Assembly: GCA_035694165.1 (NCBI GenBank)
Contig: DASSFS010000040.1
Location: forward strand, 401-64,400
Source of the DNA: Solirubrobacterales bacterium
GTDB taxonomy: Bacteria; Actinomycetota; Thermoleophilia; Solirubrobacterales; 70-9
Length of the DNA: 64,000 nt
Direction: 5' to 3'
Numbering within the stretch: the stretch's first letter is position 1; each line of letters begins with the position of its first letter. The notes below the pieces were generated by a model that did no database searches, was not told the origin of the DNA, and saw nothing but the letters and a program-made list of their open reading frames with translations. Positions 1 to 9,049 of the stretch are shown here, piece by piece. The position numbers and the translations under genes were made by a program.

Positions 1-653
1 GGCGTGGCGATGCCGCCGGCGCAGAAGAGCACGACCGGCAGCTTGCCCGCCTCGGCGACGCCGCGGACGAGGTCCAGCGGCGACTGCAGCTCCTTCGCGG
101 CGGTCGCGAGCTCCATGTCGTCGAGCGTCTGCAGGCGGCGGATCTCGGAGCGGATCGAGCGCAGGTGGCGGACGGCCTCCACGATGTCCCCGGTGCCGGC
201 CTCGCCCTTGGAGCGAATCATCGCCGCGCCCTCGCCGAGTCGCCGCAGAGCCTCGCCCAGGTTGGTGGCGCCGCAGACGAAAGGAACGTCGAAGGCGAGC
301 TTGTCGATGTGGTTGCGCTCGTCGGCGGGAGTCAGGACCTCCGACTCGTCGATGTAGTCGACCTCCAGCGCCTGCAGGACCTGGGCCTCTGCGAAGTGGC
401 CGATCCGCGCCTTTGCCATGACAGGGATCGTCACCGCCTCCTGGATCCCTTTGATCATCGCCGGGTCGGACATGCGGGCAACGCCGCCGTCGCGACGGAT
501 GTCGGCGGGAACGCGCTCGAGGGCCATGACCGCGCAGGCCCCCGCATCCTCGGCGATCTTTGCCTCCGCGGGCGTGACCACGTCCATGATCACCCCGCCC
601 TTCAACATCTCTGCCAGGCCGGTTTTCAGTCTGAAAGTTGCGTGCTCAGTCAT
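1..653 (-). CDS. pdxS: Pyridoxal 5'-phosphate synthase subunit PdxS (N-terminal ~217 codons; C-terminus lies beyond the window start)
   Basis: Own reverse-strand translation from ATG at 653..651: [64 protein letters not shown]...[17 protein letters not shown]. These are PdxS/SNZ hallmark blocks. It is absent from the ORF track because it runs off the window edge. Confidence 0.9.
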   Translation of the reverse strand, partial: MTEHATFRLKTGLAEMLKGGVIMDVVTPAEAKIAEDAGACAVMALERVPADIRRDGGVARMSDPAMIKGIQEAVTIPVMAKARIGHFAEAQVLQALEVDYIDESEVLTPADERNHIDKLAFDVPFVCGATNLGEALRRLGEGAAMIRSKGEAGTGDIVEAVRHLRSIRSEIRRLQTLDDMELATAAKELQSPLDLVRGVAEAGKLPVVLFCAGGIAT

Positions 654-700
654 CCCGCCCCATATTACGGGGACGGCCGCGCGCGACTACCGCCGGTTCG

Positions 701-1552
701 CTACTTCAGTTTGTAGGCGCGAATGCGGTCTTTGTGGGCGGCTTCGTCGCGGGCGTAGAGGCCGTAGGCCAGAGCCTGGACGAGAGCCATCAGCGCCGTA
801 TTCGAACGCGCGAACGAGGGACTGTTGGATGAGAAGTAGAGAGTCAGCTCGGCGTGCTCCCCCACCTCCGACATGGTCGCGTCGGAGATCGCCAGGGTGC
901 GAGCACCGCGGTGCAGCGCGAGCTTCATCGCCCGCAGCAACAGAGGGTGTGCGCGACCGGCAGAAAGGGTGATGACGAGCGTGTCTTCGCCGATCCGACC
1001 CAGCCGCTGCAGGGACTCGCCGCCGGTGCTGGCGACGATCTCGGCGCGGATGTCGAGCAGACTGAGGGTATGCCGCAGGTAGCTGGCGAAGAAAGCCATC
1101 TGGTCGACACCGACGATGACGATGCGCTGTGCCGTGGCCAGGGCCGCGACCGAAGCGTCGACTTGCTCGGGCGTAAGCTTGCGCGCGGTTTCCTCGAGGT
1201 TGGAGTAGTCGGCACTGAGCGACCCCTCCAGCTCGGAGTGGTCGAAGGAAAAGAGGGCACCGCCGTTGGCGGTGTTGTTGCTGGCAATCGTCGTGCGGTA
1301 CTCCTCGATCGCCGACTGCTGCAGCTCTGGATATCCCTCAAAGCCGAGGGCCTGGGAGAAGCGCACCACCGTCGATGACGAGGTGCTCGCTCTCCTGGCC
1401 AGCTCCTCGGCGGTGAGGAAGGCTGCCTCGTCGAGGTGATCGACGATGTAGCGGGCTACGTCTTTCTGGGAGCGCGAGAACTCATCGAAGCGCTCCTGGA
1501 TGTAGTCGGAAAGACTCTTAAGTTGTGGGGACTTCGTCGCGGTCTTGGTCAC
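701..1552 (-). CDS. MurR/RpiR-family transcriptional regulator (N-terminal HTH plus SIS domain)
   Basis: ORF track 283 aa. The N-terminus (SRSQKDVARYIVDHLDEAAFLTAEELARRASTSSSTVVRFSQALGFEGYPEL) is the typical RpiR HTH_6, followed by a SIS-like alpha/beta region. Confidence 0.85.
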   Translation of the reverse strand: MTKTATKSPQLKSLSDYIQERFDEFSRSQKDVARYIVDHLDEAAFLTAEELARRASTSSSTVVRFSQALGFEGYPELQQSAIEEYRTTIASNNTANGGALFSFDHSELEGSLSADYSNLEETARKLTPEQVDASVAALATAQRIVIVGVDQMAFFASYLRHTLSLLDIRAEIVASTGGESLQRLGRIGEDTLVITLSAGRAHPLLLRAMKLALHRGARTLAISDATMSEVGEHAELTLYFSSNSPSFARSNTALMALVQALAYGLYARDEAAHKDRIRAYKLK

Positions 1553-1647
1553 GGCGGTCGATTTCGCCGAACCTCACACTTTCCCTTCTTGCGAACTTGC
1601 ACAGATGCGCGTATTTATTCTCCGATCTGGTTGGATTGATCCCAGCG

Positions 1648-2031
1648 ATGACTCTTGAACAGGCCCTGCGCCTCACCAACCGCAACATGATCGCCTTCGA
1701 CCTGATGCTGGGAACCGCCGCGATCGCCGCCCCGGCGACGACCCTGAAGGTGCTCGGTCACGAGGAGCCCTCACCAGATGCGAAGCACCTGTTCCGCCGC
1801 TGCGGGCCGATCTGGCTGACCTTCGCCGCTGCCCACGCCGTCGCCGATCGTCGCGGCAAGCCGGGCGACTGGCAGGCGCTGGCCTGGCTGCGCGGCACCG
1901 AGATCGCAACCGACGCGCTCTGGGCCCAGTCGCCGGCGGTCAGCCGGCCGGGCGCAAAGCTGGGCCTCTACCTGGCCGGGGCCGCGAACGTGGCGATGGC
2001 GGCCGGCTTCGCCTGGATGTCGAGGCGCTGA
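1648..2031 (+). CDS. Hypothetical small membrane protein
   Basis: Internal ATG (codon 42 of track ORF 1525..2031). The sequence downstream is hydrophobic and helical, whereas the upstream part of the ORF is Arg/Ser-rich junk. First gene of a co-directional run of 4 genes. Confidence 0.5.
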   Translation: MTLEQALRLTNRNMIAFDLMLGTAAIAAPATTLKVLGHEEPSPDAKHLFRRCGPIWLTFAAAHAVADRRGKPGDWQALAWLRGTEIATDALWAQSPAVSRPGAKLGLYLAGAANVAMAAGFAWMSRR

Positions 2032-2034
2032 GCC

Positions 2035-2364
2035 GTGGCCGAGTTCGACGGCCAGCCGAGCATGCGCTGGAGTCTCCGCGGGCTGAACGAAGAAGGCGAC
2101 GAGGTCTGGCTGATCCGTGGGATCGCGCGCAAGCTCTACCACTGCCCCGGTTGCCACGGCGACATCGACGTCGGCAGCGAGCACACGGTCGTCCAGTTCG
2201 TGCGCCGGCTCGGCGGCACAGACCATCACCACTGGCATCGGCAATGCGCCGAAGAGCTGCTGATCCCCGAGCTCGGCAACCTCAAGCGGGTGCCCGCCTC
2301 CGAGTCGAGCCAGTCGAGGCTGGAGGCCCGCGGCCGCGTCAAGCCGGGCCGCCGGCGCGGCTAG
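2035..2364 (+). CDS. Small zinc-ribbon-like protein (CPGC...HHHWHRQC), conserved actinobacterial hypothetical
   Basis: 109 aa with YHCPGCHGDI...HHHWHRQC. This resembles the actinobacterial family with the pattern CPGC...RRHWH..CW. GTG start 4 nt after the upstream stop. Confidence 0.6.
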   Translation: MAEFDGQPSMRWSLRGLNEEGDEVWLIRGIARKLYHCPGCHGDIDVGSEHTVVQFVRRLGGTDHHHWHRQCAEELLIPELGNLKRVPASESSQSRLEARGRVKPGRRRG

Positions 2365-2365
2365 C

Positions 2366-3127
2366 GTGACGCTGCTCCACAAGCTTGGCTCGATCTACTC
2401 CCGGATCGGCCGCGCCTACTGGTCCTGGGGCCCCTCGCTGCTGTTGCTGGCGGTCATCGTCTTTCTGCCACTGGGGCTGCTGGACGTGCTCTCGGCTGAG
2501 CTCGACGTCGACTCGCTCAATCTCAACAGCGGGTTCAAAATCGCTGCGCTCATCGCGGCAATCAGCGCCCTGACGGCGACCAGCTTGATCGGCGAGGTCT
2601 TCTACAGCGGCGCCGTCGCGATTTCGCTGACGCACCCCCAGCAGGAGCGCCCGCCGTCCCTGCTCGAGATCGCCCGGCGACTCGACTACCGGCGCCTGAT
2701 CGCCGTCGACCTCGTCTACGTCTTCATCGTCGTCGTCGGCCTGCTCCTGCTGTTCGTCCCCGGAGTGCTCGCGTTCGTCTGGTTCGGGCTCGCCGGTCCC
2801 GTGATCGAGATCGAGAAGCACAGCGTGCGCGGAGCCCTGCGCCGCAGCTGGCAGCTGGTCCGGGGCAGCTTCTGGCTGGTCCTGCTCGTCCTTGGGCCGA
2901 TCGAGATCGTCGGCGACGCGGTCGGCGAACTGCTCGGCGAGGGCGTGCACAGCCTGCTTGGCCACACCTTCGTCGCCACCTGGCTGGCCGACGTGGTCGC
3001 CAACGTCTTCCTCACCCCGATCTTCGCCGTCGCCGCCGTCCTGCTCACTCTCGACCTGATCGCCGAGAAGGACGGCGACGGGCCGCGGTTCAACCCAGCG
3101 CCCGCACCGGAACCGGCGCCGGCATGA
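2366..3127 (+). CDS. Polytopic membrane protein, function unknown
   Basis: 253 aa with several long hydrophobic segments. Starts 2 nt after the preceding stop. Its stop overlaps the next start (ATGA at 3124). Confidence 0.6.
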   Translation: MTLLHKLGSIYSRIGRAYWSWGPSLLLLAVIVFLPLGLLDVLSAELDVDSLNLNSGFKIAALIAAISALTATSLIGEVFYSGAVAISLTHPQQERPPSLLEIARRLDYRRLIAVDLVYVFIVVVGLLLLFVPGVLAFVWFGLAGPVIEIEKHSVRGALRRSWQLVRGSFWLVLLVLGPIEIVGDAVGELLGEGVHSLLGHTFVATWLADVVANVFLTPIFAVAAVLLTLDLIAEKDGDGPRFNPAPAPEPAPA

Positions 3128-3984
3128 TCTACGCCTCTTTCATCGCCGACTACTGGCAGGACCACATCCTCGCCAACGAACGCCAGGGCGTCTTCCTGGT
3201 CCTGGTCGGGTTCGTCCTCTCCTTCGCCTTCATCCGCATGAGCACGCGGCTGATGCGCAGCCCCAAGGTGCCCTGGTGGCCCGGCAGCGTGGTCAGCGAC
3301 AGTGGTGTCCACCTCCACCACCTGGTCTTCGGGATCGTGACGATGATGATCGCCGGCACGCTCGGCTTTGCCGCCCACGGCGAAAACCCGTGGGCGGAGA
3401 TCTGCGCCTTCTTCTTCGGCGTCGGCGCCGGTCTGACGATCGACGAGTTCGCCCTCTGGGTCTACCTCGACGACGTCTACTGGGCCGAGGAGGGCCGCAG
3501 CTCGATCGACGCGACGGTGATCGCGGCAGCGCTGATCGGCCTGGTCGTGCTCGGCGTCAACCCGCTCGACACTAGCTCGGGATCGGAAGGTTGGGCGGCG
3601 CTGATCGCCTCGGCCCTGCTGTTGTTGCTGGTCGTGGCGATCTGCTTCTTCAAGGGCAGGCGCCTGCACGGGCTTATCGGCTTCTTCATCGCACCGATCG
3701 CGATCTACGGTGCCTGCCGGATCGGCAAGCCGGACTCCGCCTGGGCCCGCCGCCGCTACGGCGAGCGCAACCCGAAGAAACAGGCGAAGGCCGAAGGGCG
3801 CTTCCCCCCGGACCGCCGCACCGAGCGCTTCAAGGAAGCCTTCCGCGACATCGTCGGCGGCAAGCCCAGTGAGGGCGTCGCCGCCGTCCGCGACGAGGCC
3901 GCCGCGGCGACCCGCGAAGCGGTCGAGGAAGCGCGGCACCGCGCCGACCGGGTCACCCACCCGGGCAGGCACGACAAAGATTGA
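3124..3984 (+). CDS. Polytopic membrane protein with basic C-terminal tail, function unknown
   Basis: 286 aa with multiple TM-like segments. ATGA overlap with the upstream gene. Confidence 0.6.
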   Translation: MIYASFIADYWQDHILANERQGVFLVLVGFVLSFAFIRMSTRLMRSPKVPWWPGSVVSDSGVHLHHLVFGIVTMMIAGTLGFAAHGENPWAEICAFFFGVGAGLTIDEFALWVYLDDVYWAEEGRSSIDATVIAAALIGLVVLGVNPLDTSSGSEGWAALIASALLLLLVVAICFFKGRRLHGLIGFFIAPIAIYGACRIGKPDSAWARRRYGERNPKKQAKAEGRFPPDRRTERFKEAFRDIVGGKPSEGVAAVRDEAAAATREAVEEARHRADRVTHPGRHDKD

Positions 3985-4023
3985 GCAGTTTCACCACCTA
4001 TCGGTGGGTTAAGTGCCCAACCT

Positions 4024-4608
4024 TCAGCGGGTGAGCCGACGCTCGAGGTTGGCCCGCACGCCCGGCCACTCGGAGTCGATGACGCTGTAGTAGGCGGAGT
4101 CGCGGAGGCCAACGTCGGGGACGATCATGTGGTTGCGCATGACGCCCTCGAACTGGGCCGGTATCGCCGCCATCGCGTTGCGCGAGCGTTCGTTACGGGC
4201 GTCGGTCTTGAGCTCGACTCGGACGCAATCGAGGTCGTCGAAGGCGTGGGCGAGCAGCAGCAGTTTGACCTCGACGTTGATCCCGCTGCGCCAGACGCTC
4301 GGGTTGAGCCAGGTCCAGCCGACCTCGACCACACGGTCGGCCGGCCGGACGCCGAGGTAACGAGTGCTGCCGACGATCTCGCCGCTGCGTCGGTCACGGG
4401 TCGCGAAGACGCCCTCCCGGCCCTCTCGATGCGCCGTCAGCGAGATCTCAAACCAGCGATCGAAGTACTCGCGGCTGCTGCCGAGGTGGGCCAGCCACCG
4501 CCAGATCTCCGGCGCCTGCGCCGCGCGCCAGAGATCGTCAGCGTGCTTCTCCTCAAGCGGCTCCAACGCCGCCAGCGAACCGTGCATCGGGATGGCCAGG
4601 TTCTCCAC
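4024..4608 (-). CDS. GNAT-family N-acetyltransferase (RimJ/RimL-like)
   Basis: 194 aa. Pattern VGSTRYL...VEVGWTWL...WRSGINVEVKLLLLAHAFDDL...RVELKTDARNERSRNAM is typical of Acetyltransf_3 GNATs. Confidence 0.8.
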   Translation of the reverse strand: MENLAIPMHGSLAALEPLEEKHADDLWRAAQAPEIWRWLAHLGSSREYFDRWFEISLTAHREGREGVFATRDRRSGEIVGSTRYLGVRPADRVVEVGWTWLNPSVWRSGINVEVKLLLLAHAFDDLDCVRVELKTDARNERSRNAMAAIPAQFEGVMRNHMIVPDVGLRDSAYYSVIDSEWPGVRANLERRLTR

Positions 4609-4629
4609 CCGGCCATCCTTACCGATCTG

Positions 4630-4986
4630 TCAGCCCGCACCGTTCATGTTCATTAGGCCGACCACATGGCCCTCGGGATCGGAGAAGAGTCCGATCTGCC
4701 CGGTCGGGATGTCCATCGGGCCCATCACCCGGGTGCCGCCGAGCGACTCGGCCTTGGCCAGGCCGGACTCGACGTCGTCAACTTCGACGTAGAAGGTGAC
4801 ATGACCGTCTTCGCCCTCGCCGGCGGAGCCGATCCCGCCGCGGATCCCCTGCCCACCGGTATCGATTCCGGTGTACGGCATCGCCTCCATGTCGTTCAGC
4901 TGCCAATCGAAGAGGCCGGAGTAGAAGCCCTTCATCGCCTCGCGGTCCCGTGCCGCAACTTCGAACCACATCGTCGGGTTGCCCAT
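4630..4986 (-). CDS. VOC/glyoxalase-bleomycin-resistance family protein
   Basis: 118 aa. WFEV...FYSGLFDW...GGI...HVTFYVEVDDVE...AESLGG...GP.DIP..G.IGLF.DPEGHVVGL is a typical single-domain VOC protein. Confidence 0.8.
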   Translation of the reverse strand: MGNPTMWFEVAARDREAMKGFYSGLFDWQLNDMEAMPYTGIDTGGQGIRGGIGSAGEGEDGHVTFYVEVDDVESGLAKAESLGGTRVMGPMDIPTGQIGLFSDPEGHVVGLMNMNGAG

Positions 4987-5030
4987 CGTCGTTCCTTTCG
5001 TATTGCTTCGTTTTAGATCAGGCGATGCAG

Positions 5031-5483
5031 TTACTCGCCGAATTTGTCCGGGCCGGGGTCCTCGCCAACAGCGCTGGCGGCGAGCCGGTCCATGTAGTGG
5101 CGCCAGCCGTGTCCGTGTTTCTCGGCCGACTCAGCGTTGGGAAGGTCGTGATGGATCAGCCGCAAGTGAGTGCCGTCGCCGTCTGGCTGCAGCAGAACCT
5201 CGACCTTGCTGGAGCCAGGCGGGGTGACTGAGTCCTCGCCATTCCAGCCCCAGCTGAAGACGACCCGGTTGGGGCGATCGAGCTCCAGGTACTCGCCCGA
5301 CGCGATCGCCTCGCTATTGATGTCGCAGTAGAAGCGACCGCCGGGCCTGGGGTCGAGCTCGGCCGAGCGACCCATCCACTGGATCATCTTGTCGGGCTCG
5401 ATGAAGAAGTCGAAGACCGTCTCAGGGCTTGCCCCGATTCGAGCCTCTACCTCGACCGCGTCCACCGTCTTTGCGTTTGCCAC
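5031..5483 (-). CDS. SRPBCC / AHSA1 (activator of Hsp90 ATPase homolog 1-like) domain protein
   Basis: 150 aa. It has the classic pairing downstream of an ArsR regulator and the typical motif RIGASPETVFDFF...W. The start is uncertain because the ORF overlaps the arsR-like gene by 62 nt. Confidence 0.75.
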   Translation of the reverse strand: MANAKTVDAVEVEARIGASPETVFDFFIEPDKMIQWMGRSAELDPRPGGRFYCDINSEAIASGEYLELDRPNRVVFSWGWNGEDSVTPPGSSKVEVLLQPDGDGTHLRLIHHDLPNAESAEKHGHGWRHYMDRLAASAVGEDPGPDKFGE

Positions 5484-5823
5484 GTTTGTCCCTCCTTTGC
5501 TGCTCCAGCTCGGCGGCCAGCTTCAGCCGCTCGAGACGATCGGTCCAGAATTTGTCCATGAAGTCGCGTAGCCCGGCCAGTCCCTCGGGCCGGGCCCGGT
5601 AGTAACGGCTCGTCCCCTGGCGTCGCTCGCTCAGCAAGCCAGCGCCGCGCAGGACGGTCAGATGTTGGGAGATCGCTGGGCGCGAGACGTCGAAACCAGC
5701 GGCGATCTCTCCGGCGCTGAGCTCACGCTCGCGGACCATCGAGAGGATCTCCCGCCGGCGCGGCTCGGCAATTGCCCGCGCCACCAGATCCATCTGCTCC
5801 TGCTCGGCCATCTCCGTTGCCAT
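5422..5823 (-). CDS. ArsR/SmtB-family transcriptional regulator
   Basis: 133 aa. The winged-helix block (IAEPRRREILSMVRERELSAGEIAAGFDVSRPAISQHLTVLRGAGLL) matches ArsR, followed by a basic Arg/Gly/Lys tail. Confidence 0.85.
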   Translation of the reverse strand: MATEMAEQEQMDLVARAIAEPRRREILSMVRERELSAGEIAAGFDVSRPAISQHLTVLRGAGLLSERRQGTSRYYRARPEGLAGLRDFMDKFWTDRLERLKLAAELEQQRRDKRGKRKDGGRGRGRGSNRGKP

Positions 5824-5832
5824 GGCCTTATT

Positions 5833-5863
5833 TAAGCAGATAGTTACGTAAGCTGCTGCTTAC
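5833..5863. promoter_or_regulatory. AT-rich nested inverted repeats immediately upstream of the arsR-like gene (candidate operator/promoter)
   Basis: Seen directly. GTAAGC-TGCT-GCTTAC (5848-5863) is a perfect 6-4-6 palindrome. TAAGCAG (5833-5839) is complementary to CTGCTTA (5856-5862). It lies in the 40-nt gap between the kinase stop (5864) and the arsR start (5823). Confidence 0.35.
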
Positions 5864-7453
5864 CTAAAGCGCGCTTCCACTGCAGACCGTGAAGCCGACG
5901 TCTTCGGCCATCCGGGTGCGGTTGTCCTCGGTGTCGTTGCGGTTGTCTCTGGCTTCGAGATAAGCGGCGGCGTCGTCGGCTTCGGCCGCCCGCAGGGCGT
6001 CTTCGTCCCAGCCCACGACTTCTTCCTGTGACTCGACGTATTCGCGGAAGGCGGGTTCGACGGAGGCCGGGGCGTCGAGCTGGCGCCAGCGTTCCATCGC
6101 CTTGGTCGAGTTCTTCACCAGTTGGGCGGAGTACGGAGCGTTTGGACTCAGCTCGTCCTTGGCCTCCGGCCAGCGTTCGCGGGCGGCCGCGTAGTCGGCC
6201 TGCGCCTTTTCGCAGATCGCGTCGCCTTGCCCGATCAGCTCCGACCTGGTCAGTGGCTCCGGCTTCGGTTTCTGTGCCGGCTTCGGAGAGGTCTCTTCGT
6301 TCTGTGCCGTGGTCGCAATGGCGTCCTCTTCCCCGCCTTCCCCCCCATCCGAACCGCCGAGGGCGATCACCGCAATGACGATCGCGACTGCCGCAAGTAA
6401 ACCGGCAGCAAGTACGAGCGGTCGACGCCGACGCCCACCAGACGCGGGGGACTCAGCCTCGGGTGCGAGGCGGTTGGTGGCAGGGGTTGGCTCGGGTGGG
6501 TCCCCCACCTCGGTCGACGGCTCGGGCGACTGCGTCCGCGGATCCCGCGTCGCCGCCGCGCCGGTCGCCACCGTCCGCTCGGGCACGCCGACTGCGGCGC
6601 CGCTGACGGCAGCCACGGCAGCGCGGCCGAGGTCGCCGGCGGATGGGTAGCGATCCTCGGGTTGCTTCGACATCGCCCTGATGACGACATCGTCGAGCGC
6701 CATCGGGACCTCCGGCGCGTACAACGACGGCGCCGGCGGCGGGTCGTGGAGGTGGGCGTAGAGGCGGGCCGCCTCGCCGTCGCGCGGAAACGGCACCTCC
6801 CCGGCCAGCAGCTTGAACAGCAGGCAGCCGAGCGCGTAGACGTCGACCCGGGCGTCGACCGCGCCGCCGGAGATTTGCTCGGGGGCGACGTAGTCGAGGG
6901 TGCCGACGAAGCGCCCGGTCTGGGTCAGGCCGGACTCGGTGGCGACGTTACGGGCGACGCCGAAATCGGTGATGTAGGCGTGCTCCTCCCCCTCGGCGCC
7001 GCTGAGGAGGACGTTGGCCGGCTTGACGTCGCGGTGCACCAGGCCGGCAGCGTGAATCGCGTCGAGCCCATTGCCGACCTGGGCGATCAACCTCGCCGCG
7101 TGTTCCGGCTGCAGCCGTCCGTCGCGGGCGAGGCGTTTGCCGAGGTCCGAGCCGGAGACGTAGCGCATGGCGATGAACGGAACGCCCGCCTCCTCGCCGG
7201 CGGCGTAGATCGGGACCACGTTGGGATGCTCGATCGAGGCGGCGATCCGCGACTCCTCGGCAAAACGCTTGGCGAAGACCTCGTCGGCGGCCGCCTCGGG
7301 AGCGATCAGCTTCAGCGCGACGCGTCGCTCGAGGCCCGGCTCGACGGCGAGATAGAGGATCCCCATGCCGCCGCGGCCAAGCCGGTTCTCGATCCGGTAG
7401 CCGGCGAATTCATCGCCCCCGGACAGCTCGCTCCAGCCATGCGCCTCAACCAT
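5864..7453 (-). CDS. Hanks-type Ser/Thr protein kinase with Pro-rich linker, one TM helix and an extracytoplasmic C-terminal helical domain
   Basis: 529 aa. Kinase motifs are GRGGMG, VALK, HRDVKPANVLL, DFG, APE. The TM segment is LVLAAGLLAAVAIVIAVIAL. Confidence 0.9.
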   Translation of the reverse strand: MVEAHGWSELSGGDEFAGYRIENRLGRGGMGILYLAVEPGLERRVALKLIAPEAAADEVFAKRFAEESRIAASIEHPNVVPIYAAGEEAGVPFIAMRYVSGSDLGKRLARDGRLQPEHAARLIAQVGNGLDAIHAAGLVHRDVKPANVLLSGAEGEEHAYITDFGVARNVATESGLTQTGRFVGTLDYVAPEQISGGAVDARVDVYALGCLLFKLLAGEVPFPRDGEAARLYAHLHDPPPAPSLYAPEVPMALDDVVIRAMSKQPEDRYPSAGDLGRAAVAAVSGAAVGVPERTVATGAAATRDPRTQSPEPSTEVGDPPEPTPATNRLAPEAESPASGGRRRRPLVLAAGLLAAVAIVIAVIALGGSDGGEGGEEDAIATTAQNEETSPKPAQKPKPEPLTRSELIGQGDAICEKAQADYAAARERWPEAKDELSPNAPYSAQLVKNSTKAMERWRQLDAPASVEPAFREYVESQEEVVGWDEDALRAAEADDAAAYLEARDNRNDTEDNRTRMAEDVGFTVCSGSAL

Positions 7454-7499
7454 CGCTCAACCCTAGCCGTCGAATCCGGCGCCTAGACTGGGTCGCGCA

Positions 7500-8279
7500 A
7501 TGTCCCGACGCCTGCTGATACCGACCTGCATCGCCGCGCTCTGCCTGCTCGGCGCCACCCTGGCGCAGGGCGAGCAGAGTCAGTCCGGCAACGTGCGGAT
7601 CTCCTTCAGCGGCAGCTTCGCCCCGCACTCGCTGCCGCGCGACCGCCCAGCGCCGATAACGGTGCACCTCAAAGGCGCGATCAGCACCACCGACGAGACC
7701 CATCCACCAGCGGTGCAGAAGATCGAATTCGCGATCAACCGCAACGGCAGAATGACGACGACGGGACTGCCGACCTGCACCAGCGCCCAACTCCAGGCGA
7801 CCAACACCGAGACGGCGATCGAGCGCTGCGGCCCGTCCCTGGTGGGTCGTGGTCGCTTCGGAGCAAACGTCGAGTTCCCCAGCGTGACGCCGGTTCCGGC
7901 CACCGGCAGGATGCTCGCCTTTTTCGGTACTCGCCAGGGCAAGCCGGCGCTGCTGCTCCACCTCCACGGCACGACGCCGGTGCAAACCACCTTCGTACTG
8001 CCGCTGGAGATCAGCCGCCAGGCGAAGGGCCAGTTCGGGACGATCCTCTCGGCCCGGATCCCGACTCTCGCCGGCGGCCTCGGCTCGGTCACCGAAATCG
8101 ACCTGCGGATAGGCCGCAGCTACAACTACCGCGGCCAGCGCCACAGCTTCCTCAGCGCCAGCTGTGCGGCGCCCAGCGGCTTCACGGTCGCGATCTTCCC
8201 GCTTGTCCGCGGCAGCTTCTTCTTCGCCGACGGCAAGAAGATCGAAACGACGCTGGCCCGTGACTGCAGCGTCCGCTAG
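7500..8279 (+). CDS. Secreted hypothetical protein (signal peptide, Cys-containing, beta-rich)
   Basis: 259 aa. The N-terminus (MSRRLLIPTCIAALCLLGATLAQG) looks like a Sec signal peptide. Divergent from the kinase gene with a 46-nt spacer. Confidence 0.6.
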   Translation: MSRRLLIPTCIAALCLLGATLAQGEQSQSGNVRISFSGSFAPHSLPRDRPAPITVHLKGAISTTDETHPPAVQKIEFAINRNGRMTTTGLPTCTSAQLQATNTETAIERCGPSLVGRGRFGANVEFPSVTPVPATGRMLAFFGTRQGKPALLLHLHGTTPVQTTFVLPLEISRQAKGQFGTILSARIPTLAGGLGSVTEIDLRIGRSYNYRGQRHSFLSASCAAPSGFTVAIFPLVRGSFFFADGKKIETTLARDCSVR

Positions 8280-8294
8280 ACCCGCCTAGCTGCC

Positions 8295-8624
8295 TCAGAG
8301 GCCGAGGCCGCCGACGCCGCTCTCGCCCCAACCGAGGTGGTGGGCCAGCTCGTGCCGCAGCGTGCGCTCGACCTGGCGCGCGAGCAGCTCGCGGTCGTGG
8401 CCGAAGTCGCGTTCGAGGGTGTCGCGGTAGATCACGATCCGATCCTCGAAGCCGTGGCGGGCGATGCCGTCCCCGAAGTACTCACCGTAAGCGTGGTGTT
8501 CGGTACCGAGGTCGGAGACGATGACGGCGATGTCGGCCAGCACCTGCTGGAACTGCTCCGGGAGGGCGTCGATCGCGTCGGCGACCAGCTCTTCGAACTC
8601 CCCCATCTGCTGCTCTTCCGTCAT
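8295..8624 (-). CDS. Small metallopeptidase-family protein (Zincin_1 / SprT-like, HExxH)
   Basis: 109 aa with a C-terminal RHELAHHLG zinc-binding motif and an acidic N-terminus. This is the typical 'metallopeptidase family protein'. Confidence 0.7.
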   Translation of the reverse strand: MTEEQQMGEFEELVADAIDALPEQFQQVLADIAVIVSDLGTEHHAYGEYFGDGIARHGFEDRIVIYRDTLERDFGHDRELLARQVERTLRHELAHHLGWGESGVGGLGL

Positions 8625-8674
8625 CAGGCCAACGGTAGAGTCATCGGTCCTGAGAATCCACCCTGGGGAGAACC

Positions 8675-9049
8675 ATGAAAGACGTAGAGCCAGGCAGTAC
8701 CAAGCTGCGCACGTTGAGCGCCACCTTCGCGATCCTTGCGATCGTCGCCGGCGGCGTCGTCTGGTCGGGCTGCGGCAGTGACGACAGCACCAGCGACACC
8801 ACCAACCAAGCCAAGGAAGAAGTCGAAGAAGGCACCAAGAAGGCCGAAGAAGGCGTCAAGGAAGGCACCGAAGAAGCCAAAAAGGGCCTCGAAGAAGCGA
8901 AGAAGCAGGTCGAAGAAGGCAAAGGCAGCGCCTCGAAGGGTCTCGAAGAAGGCGTGAAGCAGGCCGAAAAGGGCATCGAAGAGGGCAAAGCCCAGGCCGA
9001 AAAGGGCATCGAAGAAGCGAAGAAGCAGGCAGAAAAGTACCTGCCCTAG
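8675..9049 (+). CDS. Lipoprotein with tandem 11-residue Glu/Lys-rich repeats (LEA group-3/apolipoprotein-like)
   Basis: 124 aa. Signal peptide plus lipobox-like VWSGC, then the repeats KGLEEGVKQAE / KGIEEGKAQAE / KGIEEAKKQAE (33-nt DNA periodicity). Confidence 0.65.
   Translation: MKDVEPGSTKLRTLSATFAILAIVAGGVVWSGCGSDDSTSDTTNQAKEEVEEGTKKAEEGVKEGTEEAKKGLEEAKKQVEEGKGSASKGLEEGVKQAEKGIEEGKAQAEKGIEEAKKQAEKYLP

Noticed and set aside
2716-3972. 418-aa minus-strand ORF
   Set aside because: It is antisense to two plus-strand membrane-protein genes that have coherent hydrophobic profiles and coupled start and stop codons. Its own translation is Arg/Asp/Gly/Pro low complexity.
8780-9040. Short periodic DNA repeats that could be mistaken for a CRISPR-like array or a VNTR
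   Set aside because: The 33-nt periodicity is in frame and encodes the 11-residue repeats of the lipoprotein. There is no repeat-spacer architecture and there are no cas genes.
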